Assembly: GCF_032062105.1 (NCBI RefSeq)
Contig: NW_026933053.1
Span: 1 to 54,491 of the forward strand
Length of the DNA stretch: 54,491 bases
Source of the DNA: Saccostrea cucullata
Taxonomy: Eukaryota
Direction of reading: 5' to 3'
The notes under the pieces: model-generated
What the model was told of the DNA's origin: nothing
Databases searched by the model: none
The model's input: the letters and a program-made list of their open reading frames with translations, nothing else
Translations under genes and position numbers: made by a program
Part shown: positions 1 to 13,100 of the stretch, one piece after another
Layout of the letters: each line of letters begins with the position of its first letter
Position numbering within the stretch: the first letter of the stretch is position 1

Positions 1-838
1 TTGTATCTGTATGTAACACACATACAGTAAAACTTGTTTATACCAAAGTCATAGGAATATGTGAATTTACTTCTGACATTATTTTAGCAAATTCACTAAA
101 TATCTGATTACACTGTACAAGTTTTACTGTACTTTTGGAGCAAATTTGTACTTTGATTAGATTCAGAATAATGTAAATTATTTTACACAGACATTCAAAT
201 TTTTTTAACTTACATTATCAGATATCCTTTCAAGATACCATCTTTTGTATTTTGTTAAAGACTATCTATTTGAACTTCAACAAAATTTGGGAAAAAATCA
301 GTCAACATAGTTTTACTAGGGTTATCTCAAAATTCTGTTCAAAACCAAAATTATATGAGATAAATAGAACATCTACACTGGTCTATGATTGTGTGATTTC
401 ATATTATTTTTCTTTATCCAACTTGATGAAATGGTGAATGTTTTCTTGGCAGCCTCATGAATAAGCACCATTTCAACTCAGATAAAGAAAATATACCATA
501 CTATCAGATTTTTTCTATTATATTAGACCTTGTATTATCTTTCAGAATACTGTATTATCACTTATTTTTGAGGTGTCAAATTTTTGGTTTAATGAAATAA
601 TATGGGTTCATGGCCAGTCATGGGGATATAATTTCATAGATGAAGAACTGTTTAGTAGTTATGTACATGACAATTTACATTCCATAGTGGACATGAATTT
701 GTGGGTCTTCATATCTCAAAAACAAAGAAAATTTAAAAAAAAAAACACAAAAATGAGTGATTTTACAGTTTGATTGTATTTTGCTTAACCAAGTACTATT
801 TTTGGTAGCAAAATATCAGTTTCCATTTATTTTTCCAG

Positions 839-1387
839 AAACATGATGCTGTGCATCCCTCTCCTGTCATCGTACTTCTATGGAAGGTGGGCGTGGCCCC
901 ATTCCTCCTTTCAATACACACACATTACAGATGCCCTGTCAGTCGTGATTGCTGTGTACTTCCTGTATCTGACTGGGAAGGCTCTGTACTTGGCGTGGTG
1001 TAAGTGGGCTCTAGATAGACTTGCCCGGGGGGTGACAGAGATGTTAACGTGCGGGGAGGAGTTCTTCAGGGGGACCGGGAGGTGTCTGAGGCTGATACAG
1101 GAATCAGAACTCGTGGCCCGGGGCTTCACTCTGTAAGATAATTCACTGTATTGTCCTTACACGATGCTTATCATTTCAATCTGTAATATGTAAAAATACA
1201 TTTATATTTTTAAATATTTCTGGTATAATTGAAGTACCACGTGTAATGAGAATAACAAACAATTGGCTTTAGAATAAGGTAATTTGGCAGATGATGTGGG
1301 AATTCAAAGATCTTAATGTGTGGATCATTGTGCTGGAAAAAAAAACAGAAGATATTAACATAACATCTGTCACTGAATATTCTTTTA

Positions 1388-1439
<52 letters not shown>

Positions 1440-1993
1440 TGTCCGTCGTCCGTCCGTCCGTCTATCTGTCTGTCCGTTCGTCAGTCCGTCTGTAAACTTT
1501 TCACATTTTCAATTTCTTCTCATGAACCACTGGGCCAAATTTAACCAAACTGTACACAAAGCATCCTTGGGTAAAGGGGAATTTAAATTGTTAAAATCAA
1601 GGGCCAAGACCCCTTCCAAGGGGAGATAATCAAGAAAATACAAAAATAGGGTGGGGTCATTAAAAAATCTTCTTCTCAAGAACCACTGGGCCAGAAAAGC
1701 TGAAACTAATATATGAAAGCATCCTGGGGTAGTGTAGATATTAAATTTTTAAAATCATGACCCTCGGGGGTAGGGCGGGGCCACAATAGGGAATCCAAGT
1801 TTTACATAGAAATATATAGAACAAATCTTTAAAAATCTTCTTCTCAAGAACCACTGGGCCTCAAAAGCTGAAACTCATATGGAAGCATCCTTGGGTAGTG
1901 TAGATATTAAATTCTCAATATCATGACCCCCGGGGTTCGGGCATGGCTGCAATAGGGAATACAAATTTTGCATAGAAATATATAGCACAAATC

Positions 1994-2027
<34 letters not shown>

Positions 2028-2189
2028 GGAAAACTGAAACTTATATGGAAGCATCCTTGGGTAGTGTAGATATTAAATTGTTAAAATCATGACCCCCGGG
2101 GTAGGGCGGGGCCACAATATGGAATCCAAGTTTTACATAGAAATATATATAGAACAAATCTTTAAAAAAGATCTGCATCAACCAAGTTA

Positions 2190-2225
<36 letters not shown>

Positions 2226-5200
2226 TATTCACTAATTACAGGGACTACTGTTATAACAAATACTCAAAACTGTACTTAAGTACCATTGTTTTCCATTAAG
2301 ATTCTGTGCTAATTTTAGAGTGAGTCAGAGAAGTCCTCTGTGTCGACTGGAACAGAATGGAATGCTGGGATACCAAAGACAGTGTCCACAACTGAGACGG
2401 CAGCTGTTTATCATGTGTAGAGACTGTATGTTAACCAGTAAAGACTGGACCGGTCAAATGGTCACTCAGTAAGTCTTGTGTAGAGACTGTATGTTAACCA
2501 GTAAAGACTGGACCGGTCAAATGGTCACTCAGTAAGTCATGTGTAGAGACTGTATGTTAACCAGTAAAGACTGGACCGGTCAAATGGTCACTCAGTAAGT
2601 CATGTGTAGAGACTGTATGTTAACCAGTAAAGACTGGACCGGTCAAATGGTCACTCAGTAAGTCACATCAGATCACCTGTAGAGACTGTATGTTAACCAG
2701 TAAAGACTGGACCGGTCAAATGGTCACTCAGTAAGTCATGTGTAGAGACTGTATGTTAACCAGTAAAGACTGGACCGGTCAAATGGTCACTCAGTAAGTC
2801 ATGTGTAGAGACTGTATGTTAACCAGTAAAGACTGGACCGGTCAAATGGTAACTCAGTAAGTCATGTGTAGAGACTGTATGTTAACCAGTAAAGACTGGA
2901 CCGGTCAAATGGTCACTCAGTAAGTCATGTGTAGAGACTGTATGTTAACCAGTAAAGACTGGACCGGTCAAATGGTCACTCAGTAAGTCACATCAGATCA
3001 CCTGTAGAGACTGTATGTTAATCAGTAAAGACTGGACCGGTCAAATGGTCACTCAGTAAGTCTTGTGTAGAGACTGTATGTTAACCAGTAAAGACTGGAC
3101 CGGTCAAATGGTCACTCAGTAAGTCATGTGTAGAGACTGTATGTTAACCAGTAAAGACTGGACCGGTCAAATGGTCACTCAGTAAGTCTTGTGTAGAGAC
3201 TGTATGTTAACCAGTAAAGACTGGACCGGTCAAATGGTCACTCAGTAAGTCATGTGTAGAGACTGTATGTTAACCAGTAAAGACTGGACCGGTCAAATGG
3301 TCACTCAGTAAGTCATGTGTAGAGACTGTATGTTAAACAGTAAAGACTGGACCGGTCAAATGGTCACTCAGTAAGTCACATCAGATCACCTGTAGAGACT
3401 GTATGTTAACCAGTAAAGACTGGACCGGTCAAATGGTCACTCAGTAAGTCTTGTGTAGAGACTAACTATATTAACAACATTTTACAGACACACTTTACCA
3501 GCTGACTCTATAATATATTATGATTACATTTTACAGACACCCTTTATCACCTGGCTCTCTATTGTAATTACATTTTACAGACACCCTTTATCACCTGGCT
3601 TTATATTGTGATTATATTTTACAGACACCCTTTACCAGCTGATCACTCCATTAATTTCCTGGCCCACATTCCTTTAGAGGAGTACGGACCCTGTTTGCAG
3701 GTTGAGGGAGACAGCTCTGGGACCCTGTCGCGCCTGGAGGAGGTGACAGATGGTTTCTCTATATCAGCCATCAAGGTGTGTAGAAGTTTAGACACAAAAA
3801 ACTAACGGGATTTTTCTAAATTAAACCTAAATACTACTCTACCAAGGGCAAGAAGTACCAAAACAAAACATATAGTCATTTATGTAGGGTCAGTTTAGTA
3901 CAACGTTAAAGTGCCAAGTTATTTCAAAAGCCAGTTAATGAGTTTACACATTAAAGGGGGGAGCGTCTCGTTGAACTTTCACATGGTTTGGCTAACGTCA
4001 GTAAAAAGGAGATTAAGAAATACAAAACAAAAATACAAAACAAGAAATGCTCAAGAATACTGTAAACCAACTTTTATTCGCGACGACTTTATTTCGCGAT
4101 TTACCGGGAGTAAACTAGTTCGCGACGATAAATTTTCGCGATCAGGTCATTTTGGAACTGTTTTTAATAGTTTAAGAGACTTTAAGGACCCTTTCGCGGC
4201 GAGAAATATTCGCGATGATGAGGCTCTCGCGAAACTCGCGAAAATTTCTCGCACGCGAATAAAAGTTGGTTTACAGTAATAAGACGTGGCACCAAGACTA
4301 TAAACTGAGAACTAAGTCAAAATTTTGATTTAAATCTGTTCTCAGTTTATGGTCTTGGGGCCTGATAGGTGAATGCAGGTTTACTGTTCAAGCTTAATGC
4401 TTTGTTCCAAGATGTATAGTCTACTTGTTTTGTTGGTGTTTTACAATTTCAACATTCCTCTATTCATGACAGGGAATTAATCATGTCTGTAGGCTGCAGT
4501 ACTCGGAGTTCTGTAGATGTGTCGTTCTACGTGTACTTCAGGCTGTAGGTAGGTCTACACACTTCATCAGGTTATGAATATTTATAGTCCATCAAAGCTG
4601 CACATCATTTCATTTATCTCAGTTTTATAACATCAAAAAATATAAATGTATGGACCAAAAGCCATTGAATGTAATATTTATGATGGGGGTTACTTGTACT
4701 TGAAAAAATTCAGATTCACCAAGTAGCAGTGTTGCCCCAGAAACAGGAGGGATTCTTGAGAAAGTCTGGGGATGGATCAAAGAATTGGAGACCCTTCACA
4801 GTTACTACAGCAGTGTTACAAGTCTGTCAGACACGCTACCTCAAAAATCAGACCTCAGTCAAATGAATGACCTTGACATAGCAGTGCACAGCCTTGACCT
4901 TCATTTACAGTCAGCCTTACTGACGTATTTTTGTATGCATGTCAGGTATTTATACACTGGTGTGATTACATGTATGTTTTTTCTGGTTCAATATTGCTTA
5001 ATCCCCCCCCCCCCAAGTAAATGAAATAAAATAATGATGAGAAACTACATCAATCTCCAGAAACTCTGTTGACAAAATTTAAAGCAAATTAAATTATTTT
5101 GTAATTTTTTTTTGTTTGACACCTCAGGGTCAGGAAACTGTCAGTCCTTTTAAAGCATTCAGCCAATCAGAATACAGAGATTAAACAAGACAACCAATCA

Positions 5201-5845
5201 CAGGAGGTCGTCTGGGATCAAATCAAACAGGAACTACTGGCTTGCAAAGGATGCTGGGAAGAAGGATTGGAACGACTCAACAAGTTGTACAAAAACCAGC
5301 CACGCCAGGGTATGTACTGTACAAAAGATGTCAGAGGTTCTTGTACATGATTTTCCCTTTCAAATTAATACTTTGTGCATACATAAGATTGTCTCTTTAT
5401 ACATTGTTTTGTTGACTAGCAGAAAAGACAGAAGAGGTTCCCCCTCAGACAGAGAATACTGAGACCCCCAACCCTGTCCCCCCAGAGGACCTGTTTAACA
5501 CCAGTCCCCCAATCATAGAGGACGAGGTAAAAATGACAGGGAGAAAAGGGCAGTATTTTTAGCTCAGGAAAAAGCGGTACTTTATGAAAATTGTGTGACT
5601 CTCCATTTCAACTGAATTGCTTCAAAGTTCATAGATCACACATTTATATTAGGGAGTACAGATAGCTGCAGAACTGTAGTGTAAGTTATGGTTTTATATT
5701 AGTCTTTGACTATAATGCCACAGGTCATGTAATGCAAATTAAGTGCAATTTATGGCCTAAGATTTTCTCCATACCTTTGCAGAGAATTTGTCCACTTCCC
5801 AGCTTTGGTCAATAAAGTAATTTTCACTTCTCAATTCTAGACATA

Positions 5846-5892
<47 letters not shown>

Positions 5893-7977
5893 ATTTTGTC
5901 CATCGTCCGTCGTGTCTGTCTAGTCCGTCTGTCCATCTGTAAACTTTTCACATTTTCACAACAAAGCCATGATTGATCATATTTATATTGAAGCATTGTC
6001 AGGTAGTGTAGATTCAAGTTTGTTCAAATCATGACCCCCAGGGGTAGGGCAGGGCCACAATGGCCGACCAAAGTTTTACATAGAAATATATAGGAAAATT
6101 CTTTAAAGATCTTCTCAAGAATAACAAAGCCATAATTGATCATATTTATATGGAAGCATCCTCAGGTAATATAGATTCAAGTTTGTTCAAATCATGACCC
6201 CCAGGGGTAGGGCAGGGCCACAATGGCTGACCAAAGTTTTACATAGAAATATATTTATAGGAAAATTCTTTAAAAATCTTCTTCTCAAGAATAACAAAGC
6301 CATGATTGATCATATTTATATGGAAGCATCCTCAGGTAGTGTAGATTCAAGTTTATTCAAATCATGACCCCCGGGGGTAGGGCGGGGCCACAATGGCCAA
6401 TCAAAGTTTTACATAGACATATATAGGAAAATTCTTTAAAAATCATCTTCTCAAGAATAGCAAAGCCCTTGCTCATAGGACTACTTTTGGATTTAAACTT
6501 TTCTATAATGAACCAGATTCTACTTTTTCCTAGCCACAGTGCTCAGATGAGCGATGTGACCCATGGGCCTCTTGTTCTTAATGTCTTTCATATAAAACGG
6601 TCAAATTTAATTTCACTGATACTATCTTACTGATATTGTCTTCTTGATTCTGTGAAAATTTCATTAATTTTTAAATATTAGAAATATGAGAAGAATCCTA
6701 CCTTAAGTGCAACTGTATAACACTATCTCTTTTCATTTCACAAAATGATTTTTACAAAAGCATTTGATGTTCGACTGTTTTTGAAAATGAAAATTTATAT
6801 ATCATCCATGATTTAGGTGTTTGAAGCCTACATTGATGAGGAAACGGAAAATGACCCAGATTACAGCTGGGACGAGTATCTCACACCAGAAGAAAAGGTA
6901 GATACATATACCAATATGACTGTGAAATTTATTTAAGTTTATTAACTCGCAGGTTGAAATGATGAATACTGTATACAAGGAAATTTACCCCCCTGTTTTA
7001 TTTTCGCCCCTTTTGCCCTTTCCCTGATTGGGCGAATTTAAAACGGGGCAATTCAAATTACACTTCATAATTTCTTAAACAGAACTATGACTGGGCGAAT
7101 TCAAAATGGGGCAAAATTGTTCACAAGTTCAAAAGGGCGAAAATAACACGGGGCGAAAATAACCCTGTTTTCAGTACCCTGTGCACATGTACTGGTTGCT
7201 GTGTAAAAACTCATTTAGCATCGTGTCATTGTAGGAATGAAATGGTATAAGATGATTATGTTTCAATGAATCGCATCAAGATAATTTTAAAAGAATTAAA
7301 TATTTTAATCATCCTGGATATTTCAGGAAAAGAAGAGGCGAGAGAAACAGGAAGCCCTGCGATTACTGACGGAGCTGAAGTCGGTGATTTCTGTGAGGGC
7401 ACTGGAGATGGGAAGGAGAGAGAAGATAGCCCAGGAGAGGAAGTACGGCCATGCTACCTTGGAGAAAGAGAGTGTAGAGAGGCAAGGTTTGACCACAGAG
7501 GACCAAGAAGTGGGTCAGAAATTATTACAGAGGAGAAATTCTGACAATGATGATCTTCTTGAAAATACAAACTTGGATTTATCCAGTGTTTCTGGGAATG
7601 AAGGTGTTCCTCTGCATGGAGAGCTTTGTCATGAAGAAGATCTGAGTTGTGATGAGTGTAAATTAGCTGTGGAACAGTTAAAAAGTGTGGAGTGTGAAAG
7701 TGATCCAGACAGTAGACTTAACACAGACACTGACATTGATCATCAATGTAAAGACAGGATATTTACCACAGGTTCAGAGGAATCAGTCGATTGTTCTTTA
7801 GGAAGTTTTCGGGACTCTGTGCCAAGGATAGGAGTTTTACCTACACAGAGTCCAGGATTTCAGTTTTCTTCCAGTCTGGCTGCCATGGCGGTCGCTAGGT
7901 CACGTGACTTTGGGCTGACGGAGGACACGTTTGGTGACAGTGAGTCAGAGACAGAGAACCAGGTGAATGAGGACTAG
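839..7977 (+). CDS. VEZT: Vezatin, 3' portion (9 exons in window; 5' exons lie upstream)
   Basis: Exons 839-1132, 2319-2468, 3625-3775, 4473-4548, 4714-4924 (or 4945), 5128-5309, 5420-5526, 6817-6897, 7327-7977 have GT-AG ends and compatible phases. Peptides RLIQESELVARGFTL, TDGFSISAIK, AVHSLDLHL, CWEEG, FEAYIDE, LTELKSVI and SPGFQFSSSLAAMAVARS..EDTFGD match recalled vertebrate vezatin motifs (RLIQETEVISRGFTL, TDGFSLPALK, SPDFTFTAGLAAEVAARS..EQTFGD) in order. Confidence 0.93.
1391..2224 (+). mobile_element. Non-autonomous Helentron/HINE with ~167-bp internal tandem repeats
   Basis: 5' TTAGCTCACCTGAGC..GCTCAAGTGAGC hairpin, GTCC/GTCT microsatellite, three to four ~167-bp units, 3' CAGGTGAGCGATGTGGCCCATGGGCCTCTTGTT, T-rich insertion site. 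Confidence 0.85.
2414..3462 (+). repeat. 63-bp minisatellite made of a vezatin exon 3' end plus 5' splice site (16 GTAAGT donors)
   Basis: Unit TGTGTAGAGACTGTATGTTAACCAGTAAAGACTGGACCGGTCAAATGGTCACTCA|GTAAGTCA. The first copy is exonic; three 73-bp variants are present. Confidence 0.97.
3477..3645 (+). repeat. ~45-50-bp degenerate repeat made of a vezatin 3' splice site plus exon start (4 copies)
   Basis: ATTTTACAG|ACAC(C/A)CTTTA occurs near 3480, 3528, 3572 and at the true acceptor at 3624. Confidence 0.9.
4058..4278. mobile_element. Palindromic MITE
   Basis: Termini TACTGTAAACCAACTTTTATTCGCG and CGCGAATAAAAGTTGGTTTACAGTA; internal TCGCG repeats. Confidence 0.85.
5847..6576 (+). mobile_element. 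Non-autonomous Helentron/HINE with the same termini as 1391-2224
   Basis: Near-identical termini and microsatellite; about three internal ~165-170-bp repeats. Confidence 0.85.
6967..7177. mobile_element. MITE with TACTG...CAGTA ends
   Basis: Imperfect TIRs; internal TTCGCCC and GGGCGAA inverted repeats. Confidence 0.7.
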
Positions 7978-10147
7978 TCCAAACACGTTACATTTACCTG
8001 AATCAGACTTGTATGGTCTGATGACTCCCTGTTTTATTGTTTTAGTACAATTACAGTGAAACTTGTCTAATACAAATTTTGAAAATTCTGTAATCTTGCC
8101 TTAACTTGCCATTACACAGGAAAATTACTCTGAAATTTTGTTCAATATTCTTTCAATGCAAATAATTCAGAAATATTTATGTTAAAATACCCTCTTGAAA
8201 ATGTCCCCAGAAATTTTGCTATAAGAACACTTCGTATACATGTACATCTAAACCTTTTCAAAAATTTTGAGCTGTAAAGTTGCATTTCTTTCGGTTTGGC
8301 CAAACAGTAAGCAGCATAATAACTAACTAAATATCACTTCTAAAATGATAGAGGTAATATATAGTTAAGAAAAGATTTTTGAATTTAGTAAGAAAAAAGT
8401 TTGCGTTAATATGTATCCTTAAGATTTATAAACCCTCTGCTGATGCCCATTCAATGCTTCTTTATAAACTTAGGATTTTCAATAGTAAATGTATATGCTA
8501 AATAAAATAAAAACAATTATAGCATGGCTTGCGGGGCAAATTTTCACAAAATACTGAAATTAGGCACTTCAACTTGGCAAATTTACAAACTTTAAGGAAT
8601 AGTTAACGTTGTTGTAATTAAGAGTAATCTCTCTTTAGTTATCAGAGTATCCATGTACCTCAGACCAGACTATTATTTAATCAAGGTCAGCTGGCCAATT
8701 TCTTTGAACTGGTGGTGTCCAGATAAGGCAAGTTAGAAGAATGTAGAATGTACATTTGGTTGTATAAAATCTTTACTAGTCTTTTTTGGGAATGTGCAAT
8801 AATTGTTGATATATACATTTGTAATCTCATTCTCTTTCAACTTTTTGTTTTTATTTGACATGTAGTACACATATATGATAAAATTATCCACTGCATATTG
8901 AACTGTGGTTTTATTGTTTTGTGAAGTATGTAAATCAATAACAGGCATTTTTGTCACAAAAAATATAAACCCAAACTTAATAAATCATGTGTTTTATTTT
9001 TGTTATATCCCAAACGAGTTGCAGAGCATGTTTTTGCCATGTCTGTCAGTCATTCCTCAGCACATTGGGTCATTATGAGTGGTGGGTGAGAGGTCAGTTT
9101 TGCGGGTGTGACCCACCAAATGTGGGTCACTTGGCAGTTCTGTTCCTGTGATTGTCAGCATAACTCCTCTAAAAGTGACACACAGAGTACATGTATTGTG
9201 AACCTTTCTCTACAGACTATGCCTAGGTTTTAAGTGAAAAGTCTGTGTAATTACAACTGAAAATTCAGAAAGAAGACAGGTTGCTTTATAGTCATTTATT
9301 TTTTTGTAATAAAATACATCACAAAAAAAGTAATTCTGAACTTTACCTCCATGCACTAAAAGATATGAGTGGACTTTAAAATTGGAGGTCCAATAGAATT
9401 CAATACATTTGACACTTAGTTCAAGTTAGTTAGGTATCTACTAATTGTATCAAAAATATGAAATATGTAAATTTAGTGATGCGCACTGTACCTTAAATAT
9501 TTCCACTACTGTTACAGTATAATTTATTACAAAGGTACTTCATTCTAATGTTTTTCTAACAAAAACATTGACCAGAGCACCTGTTCCTGTATTGCTATAC
9601 AAATCCACAACAAGGCACACGGAGATTAAAGTCAATATCAATTAACAAAAACAATAATTAATATAATACGTAAATATACAATATAATAAATATGTGTAGA
9701 GAAAATATCCACTAAGTTCAAATATCACAGCTAAAGAAGAGAATTACAGGTTTAGGACATTAGGATTATTGAACAACAACATCATTAACCAGGCCAGGCT
9801 ACGAGCAGCACAGGAATCCAATCCTGGGGACGACATCAATTCAAAATGATACATGTATCTTGGATTAGACCGATAATTTGGAAAATTCCATGCATTACAC
9901 TTGGGTAAAAAATATGACACTGTGTTCATCATGATGCTTAAGTCTTCCTTGTAATGCTGTTGTCTTGGGAAACTTTTCCTTGGGTATATGTTCCATTCTA
10001 AAAATTCTTAGTACAAATTTCTATATGATAAATGGTGATGATATGAGTATAATGAAGGATGAATTCCCGCCCCCCACTGTCATCAGCTGGATTTTTCGGA
10101 GTCGGCCTTCTCCATGCTTTCGTCCTCCTCCACGACGACGTCTTTTG

Positions 10148-13100
10148 TCACAATTTTCTCGTGTTCTTTAATGACTTCCGTCTCTGTAATTTTTTCCTCG
10201 ATGACCCTCTCCCTATTTTCTCGTCGAGCTCTGGGAAGGTCCCGCGGAACGTGCTGCTGGCGATCTCCTGTAACTCCTCTAACTGTTTCTGTTGATTGTT
10301 GTCCACGCGATCCAGTCGCTGTCTCAGAAGGCGAAGGTCCTCCTGGTGTTTTCTCTCCTAAAATGTAATGTTTAAACCATTAACATTACGACATTCATTT
10401 CTTAGAAAATCAAGGTACTGTGAAATCACTTATTTTGTGTGTGATTAATATTCTTGTTTTACAGGCATTGAGAGACCCACGAATTGATGACATCACAAAT
10501 TTCACATGCATTTCTACAAAATTTTCTTCAACTATGAAATCAAGTCCCTAAACAACTTTTTTTTCATCAAACCTGGAAATTAATGTGATTATACAGAATA
10601 ACAAGGCACTGGTGAAACATTATACACTTATTTAATGACTACGAGGTAAACAGTCAAAATGTTGTCCCGAGGTAGTGGGGGAGACCTGGGAAACTGTTGC
10701 CTGAGGCCGAGGGCAACAGTTTCCCAGGTCTTCCCCGCTACCGAGAGACAATAGTTTGACTGTTTCACAGAGTAGTTATTAAATACTTAGTAAGTGTTTT
10801 ATTACCTAACCTACTATATAATTAACTAAATTGGAATAAAAACACACAAACAATCAATAAAAAAGTTTTCACAACTGTTTATTCACATACTTGTCTATTA
10901 ATTAGCTGAACACATAATATAAAGTTTCAATTAATATTTTTAATTTAAAGTAATACTTAATAAATTGATTGTTTGTGTGTTTTATTTATATTTGATTAAT
11001 TATAGAGCAGGTAAATAGTGATGTCGTGATCATCAAATTGCTTGAATATCACGATGACGCTTTAAACAGTCAACAGTTCATTCTGTGGCCCGGTCAACAG
11101 TTCACTGTTTCATGATCACGCAAAAAACATAAAGTAAACCGTGAAACAGTTCAAAATGCCTAATTATAATTTATATAGTAGGTTAGGTAATAAAACTTAC
11201 TGAACACTCAGATAACAAAAATTTGAAAACAGTTACTTTTACTCAGGGTCTAATAACAATTGAAAAGGAAATGTGTATTTGAGATTTTCAAAACAAAACG
11301 TAGGAACATACTAAGATACGACATTAAAAGCCCAAAAGAATACAACATAACAGACAAATACAGCTGAGAAAAGTTAGAACAGGATTAATCAATGATATTG
11401 TGTTCTAAACATCATAATTAATGATACTACTGTGTCCAAAGATGAATATGTATATCTACTGATTGATGGTTACAAGTAGTGTTGGCAACGAGTACCCGGT
11501 TAACCGGTTAACCGTCGAACGATGCGAGTATCGGTTAGTAAAACTGCTATTCGGTTACTCGGATAAAAATACATTTTTCATATTAAATACGTATAAAATA
11601 ATTTTTATGTTATTTGTAAATGTATATTGACACATTTTCCTTATTTAATTACCGTTAGGCTTGCTCTAGTGGTTCACAAATAGGATCGATTTGTTTTGAT
11701 TAGTTTAATTGATGGCTTTAATTGCCAGGGGTACGCGTTTTGAAAACCTGAGTTATAATTACCTGATTTAAACTGACCTGTGTTAGAGGTACATACTTTA
11801 TCAAGATGCCGCCTCAAACATCGAGAGCGTGGAAATATTGTTAAACAACTCGAAATCTGTCAAATTCAAATCATGTGAATCAGAGTTGTCTTATAAGGAT
11901 GCTATATTATTTAATTTAGATTGAAACAATTATTTCGATAACCAGCGACTTGCAGGAGACGCCAAACTCCCCGTTTCAAGTGACATTAAAAATCAAAATT
12001 CTTCGAAGATATTGTGTGGGTTTTTTAAAGTCTGTATTTGTAAATAAAGTTAATATATCTTATATTTGTTGTTTGTTTCTATCAATAAGTAAAAGGATGA
12101 AATTAATAATAAATACGAAAACTACAACATAAAATCATCCGAGTAACCGGGTACTCGATCGGAAGATTAAGCGAGTAACCGGTTAATAAAAATCGTCCGA
12201 TTTGCCAACACTAGTTACAAGCAATTTACGAGTAATTTTATCTGTATGCTTTGTAATGATATATGTTCCTTTTATTGTTTCTATTGTTATACTTTGTGAC
12301 AATTGATTAATCTTGGTTCTAAAGTTTATACACAGTATGCAGAAAATTCAAAGCTTTTCCAGATACACCAACAACACCTTCATGCAGAGAGTTGACATTT
12401 TTTTAAAATAAAAATTGACACAAGAACTTTAAAGAAATGATAAAACGGGAATAAGCCTTAATTTTCTGAGTAGAGCCGTAATTTATACATTATACTAGTA
12501 CCTCTACCTATGATGTTGTCACATAAAACTAATGCTGAAAGAAGGGGAGATAATCATAAAAAGTATGTAAATAATGATACTACACTACAGCTAAGTCATT
12601 CTACAGATACATGTAACTAATTAAGAAATTTCCCTATAAACTGTAAGATTAAGTCTGGTACAGTTAACAACAAGTACAGTAATACAAGAAGTGTAAAGTA
12701 ACATCCTCTGATCATGCTAGTGAGGAATTTTTTTACAAAACATTAAGATAAATTTTTACTTTATTCAGTAACCCTATACATGTATGTATTACCTGTTCTG
12801 TAAAACTGACGTTTCCTGGTAAAAATGTACAATCCACTGGTACGGTGACATTAGCGAAGGACATATCTCCAATGGTGACCGGGAACACGCTGGACAGCAG
12901 GACTTTACGGAACTCGTTATGTCGCCTGTGGAGGTCCTTCCATTGCTTCTTAAGTTTGCTGTAAATATCCTGAGGAACGCAGGCTCTGAAAGGTCAACAT
13001 TGACATTAGTCTAGGTATACAGAAAATCTATTCCCGTACCAAACATTCTAACAAATGCTCATGAGCAGCTCATGAGACTCACATGAGAATCAAGTAAGAA

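Noticed and set aside
3911-4279. 122-aa ORF
   Set aside because: It runs through a palindromic MITE inside a vezatin intron.
9965-10368. Plus-strand ORFs here and at 21427, 23515, 27112, 37294 and 47699
   Set aside because: They are antisense shadows of real CEP83 or USP exons.
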